A stretch of DNA of 64,000 nucleotides. Source: Clostridia bacterium. GTDB taxonomy: Bacteria > Bacillota > Clostridia > Oscillospirales > CAG-272. Of the stretch, positions 1-9,763 are shown piece by piece (positions within the stretch are counted from its first letter, which is position 1; every line of letters starts with the position of its first letter). The position numbers and the translations under genes are program-made. The DNA lies in contig JAFVTI010000034.1 of assembly GCA_017503325.1 (NCBI GenBank), positions 29,840-93,839 on the forward strand, read 5' to 3'. A model generated the notes under the pieces. It saw only the letters and a list, made by a program, of their open reading frames with translations. It was not told the DNA's origin and did no database searches.

Positions 1-1068
1 GAAAGCGTCAAAGTCGGCAACAACCGAGGTGTTGAGCGGTGCACCGCCCGAAATGATCTTGACAAGTCTGCCGCCAAATGCGCCTGTTACGTCCTTGAAA
101 AGACCTGTACCGATGTCGATACCCATCTTTCTTGCGGCACCGGATACCTTGATGGCACCCTTGAGCACCTTGTCCTTGCCCTTCTTGCGTGCGGTTTCCC
201 AAATTCTCTTGTCCATGGTGTTGACGAACAGGGGTACCAGGGGCAGGCCGGTGGGCTTGAACTGCTCAAAGTTACGCATAACGTGCTTGAGAGAATCGTT
301 GATGCAGACCTCCATACCGTAGATCAGAGCCGCGATGTCAATGCAAAGCTCGTAGGTATGGTGAATGGGGAGCACGGAAACAATGGTGTCCTCCTTGCAG
401 AAGTCAACGCAGGAGCAAGCAGCATTGGCAGCAGCGATGACGTTGTTTTCGCAAAGCATGACGCACTTGGAGGAGCCGGTTGTACCCGAGGTGAACAGCA
501 TGACTGCCATGCGTTGCAGGTCCTTGGGGGTCTTGAGCGCGTAGTGATTATCGTGAATGTGCTGCTGACCAAGGGCGACGATGTCGTCAAACTCCTTGAC
601 CTTGGCGTTGTCGCGATAAGAGAGCTTTTCGGTGTGAACGGGAATGAAGTACTGAACGGAGGGGTGAGTTTCCACGGTCTCCTTGAACTTTTCGTTCATG
701 CAAGCCGTGTAGACCACTGCATCAGCCTCTGCAAAGGACATAAAGCCCTCCAGCTCGGAAACTGCCACTTCCTTATCCATGGGGATTGCAACGCCGCCTG
801 CTGCAATGGTTGCAAGGTAGGTAGCGATCCATTCGGGGCAGGATTCACCAACGATGGCGATTCTCTTGCCGGCAAGACCCATAGCGTCAAAGCCTGCAGC
901 CAGCTCGGTGATCAGATCGGAAAAGTCGCGGTAGGACATAGCAAGCAGCTGCTTGCCTCTGTAATAGCGGAAGGCCACCTTTGCGCCGTGGGATCTGAAA
1001 ATGTGCGTCAGATCGCGAACGTCCTTGGCAGGGGTATAGATTCTGGGTGTTTTTTTGCGTACGAGCAT
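1..1068 (-). CDS. Long-chain fatty acid-CoA ligase (AMP-binding), 3' end runs off the window
   Basis: Not in the ORF track because it is truncated. Manual translation from ATG 1068 gives MLVRKKTPRIY...RIAIVGESCPEWIATYLA... and the AMP-binding motif MLFTSGTTGSSKCVML. Promoter TTGACA-17-TATAAT at 1176-1148. Confidence 0.85.
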   Translation of the reverse strand, partial: MLVRKKTPRIYTPAKDVRDLTHIFRSHGAKVAFRYYRGKQLLAMSYRDFSDLITELAAGFDAMGLAGKRIAIVGESCPEWIATYLATIAAGGVAIPMDKEVAVSELEGFMSFAEADAVVYTACMNEKFKETVETHPSVQYFIPVHTEKLSYRDNAKVKEFDDIVALGQQHIHDNHYALKTPKDLQRMAVMLFTSGTTGSSKCVMLCENNVIAAANAACSCVDFCKEDTIVSVLPIHHTYELCIDIAALIYGMEVCINDSLKHVMRNFEQFKPTGLPLVPLFVNTMDKRIWETARKKGKDKVLKGAIKVSGAARKMGIDIGTGLFKDVTGAFGGRLVKIISGGAPLNTSVVADFDAF

Positions 1069-1147
1069 AATGATACATCCTTTCTTCGGCAGATCTCTCC
1101 GCCCATATATAATCGTGTTACATTTGAAACATTTCCATACATAATCA

Positions 1148-1217
1148 ATTATACACAATTCTGGAGAATTTGTCAAGAGTATTTTATCTTGACAGCGTGA
1201 CGGCGGCGTGATATAAT
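1148..1217. promoter_or_regulatory. Back-to-back sigmaA/sigma70 promoters
   Basis: Minus strand TTGACA-17bp-TATAAT (1176-1148); plus strand TTGACA(1189)-17bp-TATAAT(1212-1217). Confidence 0.75.
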
Positions 1218-1249
1218 CAAGAAAAAGACGAGAAATCAGGGAGAATTTT

Positions 1250-1840
1250 ATGGCAAAGATCAAATGGCGCGGCGGCGCGCTGCTCGCCCCTGCTCCTCCC
1301 GCGCTTGTGAGTTGCGGTGATATGGAGCATTCCAATGCGCTTGCGGTGGCCTGGACGGGGATTATCAACACGGTTCCGCCCAAGACCTATATTTCGGTGC
1401 GCCCCGGCAGATACTCCTACTCTATGATCCGGGAAAGCGGGGAATTCGTCATTAACCTGACAAGCGCGGATATGATCAAGGCCCTGGACGGCTGCGGCAT
1501 GCTGACGGGGGCCAAGGTGGACAAATTCAAAAAATTCGGTCTTGAAAAGCAGGAGGCAAGCGAGGTGAAGTGCCCGTTGGTGGCGCAGAGCCCGCTCTCG
1601 CTGGAGTGCCGCGTGACCGACGTTATTGAGCTTGGCTCGCATCATATGTTCTTGGCCGACGTGGTGGCTGTGGACGTGGAGGAGAGTCTGATCGATCAGC
1701 ACGGAAAGCTGCGATTGGATAAGGCCAATCTTGCGGCCTTTGCGCACGGCGAATATTTTGCGCTTGGCAAAAAGATCGGGGAATTCGGCTTCTCGGTCAG
1801 AAAAAAGAAAAAGATGCCCCCAAAGGGGAAGAAATCATAA
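1250..1840 (+). CDS. Flavin reductase family protein
   Basis: P-ALV-C, N-LAVAWTG, GEFVINL and PL-LECRV...LGSHHMFLA motifs; RBS GGAG. Confidence 0.9.
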   Translation: MAKIKWRGGALLAPAPPALVSCGDMEHSNALAVAWTGIINTVPPKTYISVRPGRYSYSMIRESGEFVINLTSADMIKALDGCGMLTGAKVDKFKKFGLEKQEASEVKCPLVAQSPLSLECRVTDVIELGSHHMFLADVVAVDVEESLIDQHGKLRLDKANLAAFAHGEYFALGKKIGEFGFSVRKKKKMPPKGKKS

Positions 1841-1842
1841 GG

Positions 1843-1876
1843 AAAGGGAGAATTTGCGAAAATTCTCCCTTTTTTA
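1843..1876. terminator. Bidirectional intrinsic terminator
   Basis: AAAGGGAGAATTT-GCGA-AAATTCTCCCTTT followed by T tract, between convergent genes. Confidence 0.75.
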
Positions 1877-1887
1877 CTTTTATCGCT

Positions 1888-4098
1888 TCAATTTTTGGTA
1901 ATACGAATATTATCCACGTCAAAGCAGGTCCATCCGCGTGCAATGAGATGGATCTCACGGTCAGTGGTGACCAATGCGTCGGTCACGTCGAGCAGCAGAG
2001 CACCGTTTGCATCCATTAGCTTGACCGTGCGCATATATGTGTAGTCACTTGCCGGATACGAGCCTTGGTCGCCAAGCTCCGCATAGCAGAGCAGCTGATT
2101 GTTGACGAAAATATTGATCCTGTCACCGTTGTCTTCGATTGTGAAGGTGTTGAATTCGTTCCCCAACGCCAAATCAAAGAATACGGATTGCGAGGCAACC
2201 TTGTAGCCGTCCCCCTCGGGCAGGTATTGCTTGATCGCAATACGTACACCGTTTTCGGTGGGATAGAGCATGATGCCGCTGCCACCAACCAAGAGATTGG
2301 TATCCTCTTCGTGATGAGCCAGCTTGCGATCAGCGCTGCGTACCGCAATACCGCCAAGGCGCTCCGAGGGACCGCCTACCGTTTCGCTGCTCAGCAGTCG
2401 CCAATCCAGCGAAAGGGTATAATTGTCGGCCAGCGCACCGTTCTTGAGGCCGGCCACAAAATAGGCAGTATTGCGCAAAAAGCGATTGCCGTCCTTCTCG
2501 GTGACCGTAGCTGCGGGGCGACCGATCTCTGAGTAAAGCGAGAACAGCACGCTCCAGGTATTTCCGAAGGTCCCGCTCAACTCCGTGGTGCCTGCTTCAA
2601 GATCCTCAAAATCGCAAGTGCTTGAATAAACTGTGGGTGCGACTTCAATAAAGGCACGAACGGGATAGGTTTGGCTGCCAAGCGTAGCGGTGCCATTGAT
2701 CACAGCCTCACCGGAAACGGACGTATCAACCTCTCCTTCCCACATGGCCTGTGCGCTCGTGCGGAATCCATTGCCCATCAGAACGTCAACAAAGGAGGGA
2801 AGCGCGTACGTATTGCCAACCGAGGTGTAACCCCATACGTCAAGCGCCTTGAGCGCTTGGGGCGCAGAGTCCTCTGCATCATACTTCACGGTCTGTTCCC
2901 CATGTGTAGGGCCGAGAATGGGCGCATTGGTTGCAGGATCAATGGCGATCAGACCGTATGCCTCATCGAAAATCACCTTGTCGATGGTCATCTGTACGCC
3001 CTGTACAACTCCACCGCCTGTGACGTGTGCTGCGATCCAAAGACCGCCGTCCGGGCCTTGGAAGATCGAGTTATGACCGCATTCACGGTATTTGTCCTGG
3101 TGCAGGTAGTATCCGTCTTGATATTTGCCGCCGTAATAGTCGCAGCGCTCTTGGCTCATGGCACCGTACATGGGATTTTCGTACATGGTCCAAGGGCCGT
3201 TGATATCATCCGCAACCGCAACACCGATCTCGTATCCTCTTGCCCATGTGGAGTAGAAGCAGTAGTAGCGTCCCTCGTGCTTGAGTACGTAAGGCCCTTC
3301 AAAGCCAACGTCAGGGCGTTCGGCATTCCATTTGTCTGAATTGGGGATGGGAGAGATGATCTGCTTTGCAGAGGACAAAAAGTGCAGATTTTCAAGATCA
3401 AATTTTGCCATCCATATGCCCGAGGCAAACAGGTAAATCTGTCCGTCGTCATCGGCAAACAGATGGGCATCGTTGCCAAGTGCCAGCGGTGCGTTGGGAT
3501 TCATAATGGTGTAGGGGCCTTCAATGCTGTCAGCTACGGCAAACAAAAAGCCGTGATTGCTGCCGTCCAAAGCGCAGCAGTTGACGGTGACGTAATACTT
3601 CCCGTTATGTGCAAACAGCTCGGGCGCCCAAAAGCGCTCGCTGTACCATTTGTTTTCAGACTGATCGGGTGTTTTGACGATATAATCAATAAACTCCCAA
3701 TGCAAAAGGTCGGTGGATCTGTAAAGCGGAACCCCCTTGGTACGGTCGGCCTGGTTTTCTTCCATGCCGTAGGGAGGGAGTGTGCCCGTCATGTACCAAG
3801 CGTTATCAACCTTTAAGATAAAGGGGTCACGAACGTGATCCACGCCGCTGTTGTTTTGATAGCTCAGCGGATTTGCCCATGTAAAGCTTTCGCTGTCGGG
3901 GGTGGGCTCAACAAGCTCGGTTGTTACGGGTTCGGTCACGCTTTGCGTACCTCCTTGTGTGGATTCAGATGGTTCGGTGTGCGGCGGCTTTTCCTGCGGT
4001 GTGCAGGAGCACAGCAGCGCAAGTGCCAGCGTGCTTGTCAGCAGAATCCTGATGAATGAACGAAAATGGGGACTTGCCTTTTTTCGGGAATGCTTCAT
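1888..4098 (-). CDS. GH43 family glycoside hydrolase lipoprotein with Ig-like and C-terminal beta-sandwich domains
   Basis: Lipobox LLCSC, T/E/P-rich linker, GH43 motifs RDPFI, FWAPE, DAHLF and EGPY. Confidence 0.85.
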   Translation of the reverse strand: MKHSRKKASPHFRSFIRILLTSTLALALLCSCTPQEKPPHTEPSESTQGGTQSVTEPVTTELVEPTPDSESFTWANPLSYQNNSGVDHVRDPFILKVDNAWYMTGTLPPYGMEENQADRTKGVPLYRSTDLLHWEFIDYIVKTPDQSENKWYSERFWAPELFAHNGKYYVTVNCCALDGSNHGFLFAVADSIEGPYTIMNPNAPLALGNDAHLFADDDGQIYLFASGIWMAKFDLENLHFLSSAKQIISPIPNSDKWNAERPDVGFEGPYVLKHEGRYYCFYSTWARGYEIGVAVADDINGPWTMYENPMYGAMSQERCDYYGGKYQDGYYLHQDKYRECGHNSIFQGPDGGLWIAAHVTGGGVVQGVQMTIDKVIFDEAYGLIAIDPATNAPILGPTHGEQTVKYDAEDSAPQALKALDVWGYTSVGNTYALPSFVDVLMGNGFRTSAQAMWEGEVDTSVSGEAVINGTATLGSQTYPVRAFIEVAPTVYSSTCDFEDLEAGTTELSGTFGNTWSVLFSLYSEIGRPAATVTEKDGNRFLRNTAYFVAGLKNGALADNYTLSLDWRLLSSETVGGPSERLGGIAVRSADRKLAHHEEDTNLLVGGSGIMLYPTENGVRIAIKQYLPEGDGYKVASQSVFFDLALGNEFNTFTIEDNGDRINIFVNNQLLCYAELGDQGSYPASDYTYMRTVKLMDANGALLLDVTDALVTTDREIHLIARGWTCFDVDNIRITKN

Positions 4099-4259
4099 GA
4101 TTTGTCCTTTCTGCGTATGTGTGACGCCTGATGTTTTGCAAAAAAGATTGACTGATTTGGAATCCCATGGTATTATTATATCACACGCAAGGCTTGACGC
4201 ATAGAATATTCTTGCGGGAAACTTCTGAAAAATATACGAAAATTGTGATGGATGGTGCT

Positions 4260-5117
4260 ATGAAATATCTCAATCATCGCCCGGACGGTATACCGGAGCG
4301 TATTCATTCTTATATGGGAACAGGGCAGAGCTGGCTGCCGCATTACGTGGAGTCCATGGGAATCAATGCCCAGGGCGAACGTTTTTTTACGGAGCGGAGC
4401 GGCTACGATACGTTTTTCGTTTGTCTGACGCAGCTTGGAGAGGGATCTGTGCGCTGTAACGGACAAGCCTACACCCTGCGGGCGCAGGATCTTTTGATCC
4501 TGGATTGCATGGAGGCGCATTATTATTGTACCAAAACGCCCGTATGGCAGTTTCTGTGGATCCATTTCAAGGGATACGGATGTCGGGAGCTTTTCAGAAA
4601 GCTTTGCCCGGAGGGCATTTTTTACATGCATTTAGAGCAGACCGAGCCCATATACACCTTGTATCATCAGCTTGCACCGTTATTGCTGAGCCAGACAACG
4701 GCAGACGATCTGCGAGTCTCTGCACTTTTAGGTGCGTTTTTGCACACGGTTGCGGGGTACGCATTGTGGGGAGAAGCACAGCGTATGCCGTTGCCGATTG
4801 AGCGCACGGTAGCCTATTTACAACAGCATTATCAAGAGAATATTTCCGTAGGAACACTTGCCGAGCGCGAAAACTACAGCGTATATCACTTTACTAAGCT
4901 GTTTGCCAAGTATACGGGGCAAACGCCGTATCAGTATATACTTTCTTTACGCTTGAGAAACGCGCAGCAGATGCTTATAACTACACATTATTCTATAGAG
5001 GAAATCAGTCGATTCAACAATTTTTCAAGCTGCAGTCGCTTCATTGCTTATTTTGTCAAGCACTTTGGTATGACGCCCTTGCAATATCGGAAGAATGCTT
5101 CGTTTGCATCTGTATAA
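4260..5117 (+). CDS. AraC family transcriptional regulator (start uncertain)
   Basis: Cupin-like N-terminus and C-terminal double HTH (YSVYHFTKLF...TPYQY...TPLQYR); divergent from the GH43 gene. Confidence 0.9.
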   Translation: MKYLNHRPDGIPERIHSYMGTGQSWLPHYVESMGINAQGERFFTERSGYDTFFVCLTQLGEGSVRCNGQAYTLRAQDLLILDCMEAHYYCTKTPVWQFLWIHFKGYGCRELFRKLCPEGIFYMHLEQTEPIYTLYHQLAPLLLSQTTADDLRVSALLGAFLHTVAGYALWGEAQRMPLPIERTVAYLQQHYQENISVGTLAERENYSVYHFTKLFAKYTGQTPYQYILSLRLRNAQQMLITTHYSIEEISRFNNFSSCSRFIAYFVKHFGMTPLQYRKNASFASV

Positions 5118-5122
5118 AGGCA

Positions 5123-5155
5123 AAGAAGGAGGATCCCGTACGGATCCTCCTTTTG
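5123..5155. terminator. Bidirectional intrinsic terminator
   Basis: AAGGAGGATCC-CGTAC-GGATCCTCCTT followed by TT. Confidence 0.75.
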
Positions 5156-5160
5156 AATTT

Positions 5161-6162
5161 TTATGATTCCTCGTCGTCGGGGTCGAGGTCCTTGCCGGAT
5201 CTTGCCTTGTAGATCAGCTTGAGCAGGGTAAATACCGCGCTACCAATCACCCAAGTCAGCCAGGAGATGTGCCAATCCCCGGTGGTAAAGCTCCAGACAA
5301 AGTATACGATGGTGACGACCAACCAATAAACCTCGGAGAACAGCGCCTGTGCGCTCTTGGGCTTTTTCTTTTTGGCGCTCAGTCTGCGGTCACCCGTCAA
5401 AAGATTCTCGAATGCGTCGTACTGAATGCCACCGATCACAAAGCAGAATACGCCCGCACCGCAAAGAAGCAGCAGCACGCCGATCATGATGATGCTCAGC
5501 AGATCCATCTCCAAAGCACTTGTCACGATCAGAGGGGCTGCGCAGAAGATGCAGAGCACCACGCCGGTTACGGTCAGAGCGGTGTATTTGGAGGAAAAGG
5601 CCGCGCGCTTTTCGCGCACCATGCCGTCCACGCCGTAGGAAAGCTCAAAGCCCTTTTTCTCGTCGATGAATTCCCAAGGCTTGCCCGCAATGCCGGTGGC
5701 GATAAACGTACCGACTGCGACTGCAATGAGACCAAGCAAAACGCTCACTCCGATGGCAGAAGCGACCATCTCGGTCATCATGCCCGCATCGGCAAGGCCT
5801 CCGAGAATGATCAGGCAAATGGGGGAGAGGATGCAGAGCAGCACGCCAAATGCGATCTTGGCAGCAGCGCTGCGCTTGAATGCAAGATATTTGTTGGCGT
5901 CCTCCATGGATACTGAGCGCAGAGGGGAATCATCAGCGGTCGAGCCGGTGTATTCCTCGGCTTCCATTTCATCCTTTAATAAGAAGTCTGTTGTAACGCC
6001 GAAAATCTCGCTCATGCGCAAGATCTTATCAAGGTCCGGGATGGATTGCGCGCTTTCCCATTTGGAAATGGCCTGACGGGAAACGCCCACCTTTTCGGCA
6101 AGCTCCTCTTGCGACCAACCGTTCTTTTTTCTCAAAGTGATTATCTTATCGGCTAAAATCAT
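5161..6162 (-). CDS. XRE family HTH regulator with multi-pass membrane domain
   Basis: N-terminal [20 protein letters not shown] plus about six hydrophobic helices. Confidence 0.9.
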   Translation of the reverse strand: MILADKIITLRKKNGWSQEELAEKVGVSRQAISKWESAQSIPDLDKILRMSEIFGVTTDFLLKDEMEAEEYTGSTADDSPLRSVSMEDANKYLAFKRSAAAKIAFGVLLCILSPICLIILGGLADAGMMTEMVASAIGVSVLLGLIAVAVGTFIATGIAGKPWEFIDEKKGFELSYGVDGMVREKRAAFSSKYTALTVTGVVLCIFCAAPLIVTSALEMDLLSIIMIGVLLLLCGAGVFCFVIGGIQYDAFENLLTGDRRLSAKKKKPKSAQALFSEVYWLVVTIVYFVWSFTTGDWHISWLTWVIGSAVFTLLKLIYKARSGKDLDPDDEES

Positions 6163-6304
6163 AATTGCACCTCACTTGTGTTTTTGTGCCTTCATTGTAG
6201 CAGTTTTTGGGGTTGCAGTCTACCAATTCGGACTTGCAATTTGTCAACTCGCGGTTGCAAGTGGCAAAAAGGGGCGGTTGCACGTACAACAGCCCCTATA
6301 AAAC

Positions 6305-7306
6305 TTATCTGAGCTGTACGAATCCCAGCTTCTTTTCCACCTTGGAGAGCGTGCGGCGTGCAATGTAGGAGGCCTCCTCGGCACCCTTCTTCATCTGCGC
6401 TTCAAGGCCTGCCTTGTCGCCCATGTACTGCGCAAATCTCTGCTGCACGGGAGCGAGCGCGTCCGCGCAGGTCTCACCGACTGCCAGCTTAAAGTCGCCG
6501 TATCCCTTGCCTGCAAACTCGGCCTCGATCTCCTCCATGCTCTTGCCGGTAAAGCAAGCGTAGATGGACATCAGGTTGTTGATGCCGTCCTTGCCGGGAG
6601 CGAAGCGCACCTCGGTATCCGAGTCGGTTACGGCTCTTTTGAACTTGCGGATGATGGTGTCCTTGTCGTCCAGAATGTAGACCACCGCGTTGGGGTTCTC
6701 GTCCGATTTGCTCATCTTCTTGGTGGGCTCGGAGAGTGACATGATCTTCATGCCCGACTTGGAAACGATGGGCTCGGGAATGGTAAAGGTATCGGGGTAG
6801 AGCGCATTGAAGCGGGTCGCGATATCGCGGCAAAGCTCCACGTGCTGCTTCTGGTCAATGCCTACGGGCACAACGTCGGTCTGATAGAGCAGAATATCGG
6901 ATGCCATGAGCACGGGGTAGGTGAAAAGACCTGCGTTGATGTTGTCCGCGTGCTTTGCGCTCTTGTCCTTGAACTGGGTCATGCGTGAAAGCTCACCGAA
7001 CATGGTAAAGCAGTTGAGAATCCATGCAAGCTCGGTGTGCTCGTGCACGTGCGACTGCACGTAAAGCGTGACCTTTTCGGGGTCAAGACCGCAAGCCATG
7101 TAAAGCGCCAGCGTCTCGTAGGTGCGGCGGCGCAGATCTGCGGGCACCTGGCGTACGGTGATGGCGTGCTGGTCTACCACGCAGTAAAGGCACTTGTAGT
7201 CCTCGGAGTAAGTGGAAAAATTACGCAGCGCGCCCAGGTAATTGCCAATGGTCAAGTTACCGCTGGGCTGAACGCCGGAATAAGAAACCTTTTGATTCTG
7301 AAACAT
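6305..7306 (-). CDS. trpS: Tryptophan--tRNA ligase
   Basis: SGVQPSG-LTIGNYLGA, VPVGIDQKQH and KMSKS motifs; start moved to ATG 7306 after an AAAGGA RBS. Confidence 0.97.
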   Translation of the reverse strand: MFQNQKVSYSGVQPSGNLTIGNYLGALRNFSTYSEDYKCLYCVVDQHAITVRQVPADLRRRTYETLALYMACGLDPEKVTLYVQSHVHEHTELAWILNCFTMFGELSRMTQFKDKSAKHADNINAGLFTYPVLMASDILLYQTDVVPVGIDQKQHVELCRDIATRFNALYPDTFTIPEPIVSKSGMKIMSLSEPTKKMSKSDENPNAVVYILDDKDTIIRKFKRAVTDSDTEVRFAPGKDGINNLMSIYACFTGKSMEEIEAEFAGKGYGDFKLAVGETCADALAPVQQRFAQYMGDKAGLEAQMKKGAEEASYIARRTLSKVEKKLGFVQLR

Positions 7307-7329
7307 GATGTATAAATCCTTTCGAAATT

Positions 7330-8541
7330 TTACTGAAGAAACTCTCTTGCCACCGCGCCGAGCCTTGCGCAGCCCTCGACGATCTGTTCGTCCGAGGGGG
7401 TGGAGAAGTTGATGCGGAAGCCGTTTGAGGGGGCGTCCTGGTCGCAGTTGAAGGTCGCACCGGGCACGACAAGCAGCTTTTTTGCCTTGCATGCGCGGAC
7501 AAACTCCATGCTGTCGATGCCATCGGGCAGCGTGCACCAGATAAACAGACCGCCCTCGGGCTTGGTGTAGGAGATCTGCTCGGGCAATTCGCGTGCAAGG
7601 CAGTCAAGCATGAGCGTACACTTGCGGCGGTAGATGTCCTTGATGTGATCGATGTGCGCGTACAGGTCGCACTCAGTGATATATCTGTGGCAAAGCATCT
7701 GGAAGAACAGGTTGGTGTGCACGTCTTCGGTCTGCTTGACGATCACCATCTTGGAGGCGATCTGCTCGGGAGCGACCACAAATCCGACTCTCATGCCTGC
7801 CGAGAGCACCTTGGAGAAGGTGGAGCAGTAGACGACGATGCCGTCTTCGTCCATGCTCTTGAGCGTGGGCAGCTCCTCGCCTGCAAAGCGGGTCTCGCCG
7901 TAGGGGTTGTCTTCCAAGATCAGTATGCCGTATTTTTTAGCCAGCGCGTAAACCTTTTCTCTGACCTCGAGTGTCCAGGAAAGCCCCATGGGGTTCTGGA
8001 AGGTGGGAATGACGTAAAGCAGGTGCGCGTCGGGGTTGGCAAGAATGGTCTGCTCCAGGGCGTTCACGTCAATGCCGCAGTTGTTCATGGGCACGCCCAC
8101 CGTGCGCATGCCCGCCGAGCGGAATGCGTTGAGTGCGCCGATGAAGGAGGGATCCTCACAAATGACCGCCTCGCCGGGGTTGCACAGCACGCGGCAGGCA
8201 AGCTCAATGCCCTGTGTGCCGCCGCTGACGATCAGCGTGGTATCGTTGAAGGCGTAGCCTTCATCCGCGAATTTACCGATCTGCCATCGCTCCTTTTGCC
8301 ACTTGGCCACGGCTGCGCGCAAGGGGGGATAGCCGTCGGTCGCGCCGTATTGCAGTGCCAGGGTGGATTGATGCTCAAAAATATCGGCGGAGAGTCGCGC
8401 CAGCTCGGAAACAGGGAAGGATTCGGGAGAGGGGTTGCCGGCTGCAAACGAGATAGTCTCTGCATCTGCAGGGGCTTTGAGGATCTCACGAATCGCGCTG
8501 GGCTTCATACCCGCGATGTGATCGGAAAAACGGTAGTCCAT
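7330..8541 (-). CDS. PLP-dependent aminotransferase class I/II (LysN/Aro8-like)
   Basis: PSAIREILK, IPTFQNP, EDNPYG and STFSKVLSAGMRVG motifs. Confidence 0.9.
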   Translation of the reverse strand: MDYRFSDHIAGMKPSAIREILKAPADAETISFAAGNPSPESFPVSELARLSADIFEHQSTLALQYGATDGYPPLRAAVAKWQKERWQIGKFADEGYAFNDTTLIVSGGTQGIELACRVLCNPGEAVICEDPSFIGALNAFRSAGMRTVGVPMNNCGIDVNALEQTILANPDAHLLYVIPTFQNPMGLSWTLEVREKVYALAKKYGILILEDNPYGETRFAGEELPTLKSMDEDGIVVYCSTFSKVLSAGMRVGFVVAPEQIASKMVIVKQTEDVHTNLFFQMLCHRYITECDLYAHIDHIKDIYRRKCTLMLDCLARELPEQISYTKPEGGLFIWCTLPDGIDSMEFVRACKAKKLLVVPGATFNCDQDAPSNGFRINFSTPSDEQIVEGCARLGAVAREFLQ

Positions 8542-8668
8542 ATGGGTTGCCTTTCTTGGTAAAAATCTATTAACCTTTATTATATCACGGTATTATGTAA
8601 ATTGCAAGAGGAAAATCAAAATACGAGGAGCGGACAGGCAAGAAATGCCTGTCCGCATAAATGCTGAA

Positions 8669-8983
8669 TTATTTGACCAACATCATGACGCATTCGGCCA
8701 AAAACGCTGCCGCGCAGGAAACGACGGCCACCAGCGTAAGCCCCTTGCCCATGTAGGCAAAGATGCCGCCCACCACAAGGCCGACCGCGCCCGAGATCAC
8801 GTTGCCCGTGGCGTAAAACGCGGCAGGCAGGGTCATGGCCGAGAGCACGGCGTAGGGGATGTAATATAAGAATGACTTGACAAATCGGTTATTGATCTTT
8901 TTGCGCAGTGCCGCAAAGGGAATGGCGCGGATGAGGTAGGTCGAGCCCGCTAAGATCAGTAAATAGATCCAGAAGTCCTTCAT
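8669..8983 (-). CDS. azlD: AzlD family branched-chain amino acid transport protein
   Basis: TYLIRAIPF...FLYYIPYAVLSAM; translationally coupled to azlC. Confidence 0.85.
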   Translation of the reverse strand: MKDFWIYLLILAGSTYLIRAIPFAALRKKINNRFVKSFLYYIPYAVLSAMTLPAAFYATGNVISGAVGLVVGGIFAYMGKGLTLVAVVSCAAAFLAECVMMLVK

Positions 8984-9696
8984 TTGGTCACCTCCTTGTC
9001 ACCGTTTTCCTCCCGGACAGGGAAGAGAAGCGCACCCAACACGGCAGCCGCAATGGCGCAGACCGAGATCGAGATGCCCGAGGAGACGTTTTCGGAAAGC
9101 CAGGGCACGAAATAAAAGACGCAATGCAAAGCCCCCGCAATGCCCACGACAGCCAACACCGCCCACGATTTGCGCGCGACGGGTGCGACAATGGCCAAGA
9201 ACATGCCGTAAATGGCAAGGCAAAGCGCGCTCATGACCATAGCAGGCAGCACGTTGCCCACCAAAGCGCCCAGCAGCGTGCCAAGTGCCCAGCCAATATA
9301 GGGGATGACCGAAAGACCCGCAAAGAACTTGGGGTCAACCTCGTCCTCGGCGGCAGCCACGGCAAAAATCTCGTCGGTCATGAAAAAGCCGAGCAGCCAA
9401 CGCTTGATACCCGTGAATTTTTCGGTGACCTTTTGCGAGAGCGAAATGGACATAAAGGAATAACGGACGTTGACGGTCAGCTGAGAGATCAGCATGGCGG
9501 CGTACTGCCCGGGGTTGATCATAATGTCAAGCGCGGCAAGCTGACCTGCCGAGGTCACGGTGGTCATGGAAATGATGACCGCCTGCCACCAGGTAAAGCC
9601 CATGGATATGGCCATGATGCCGAACGAAAACGATACCGAAAGGTATCCAAGACCGATGGGAATGCCCGAACGCAATCCCCGAAGAAAGAGTTTCAT
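8980..9696 (-). CDS. azlC: AzlC family permease
   Basis: IPIGLGYLSVSFSFG, SAGQ, N-RY and TDEIFAV motifs. Confidence 0.88.
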   Translation of the reverse strand: MKLFLRGLRSGIPIGLGYLSVSFSFGIMAISMGFTWWQAVIISMTTVTSAGQLAALDIMINPGQYAAMLISQLTVNVRYSFMSISLSQKVTEKFTGIKRWLLGFFMTDEIFAVAAAEDEVDPKFFAGLSVIPYIGWALGTLLGALVGNVLPAMVMSALCLAIYGMFLAIVAPVARKSWAVLAVVGIAGALHCVFYFVPWLSENVSSGISISVCAIAAAVLGALLFPVREENGDKEVTK

Positions 9697-9763
9697 AACG
9701 ATGGTTCCTTGGGAAAATAAGTATATGGAATATTATAATGCGATTGACAAAATTTGTCAAGGA

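Noticed and set aside
283-1200. 305-aa plus-strand ORF and many other long overlapping ORFs (e.g. 15079-16548, 22928-24205, 25575-27071)
   Set aside because: These are antisense shadows of well-supported genes in GC-rich DNA, with no motifs or RBS.
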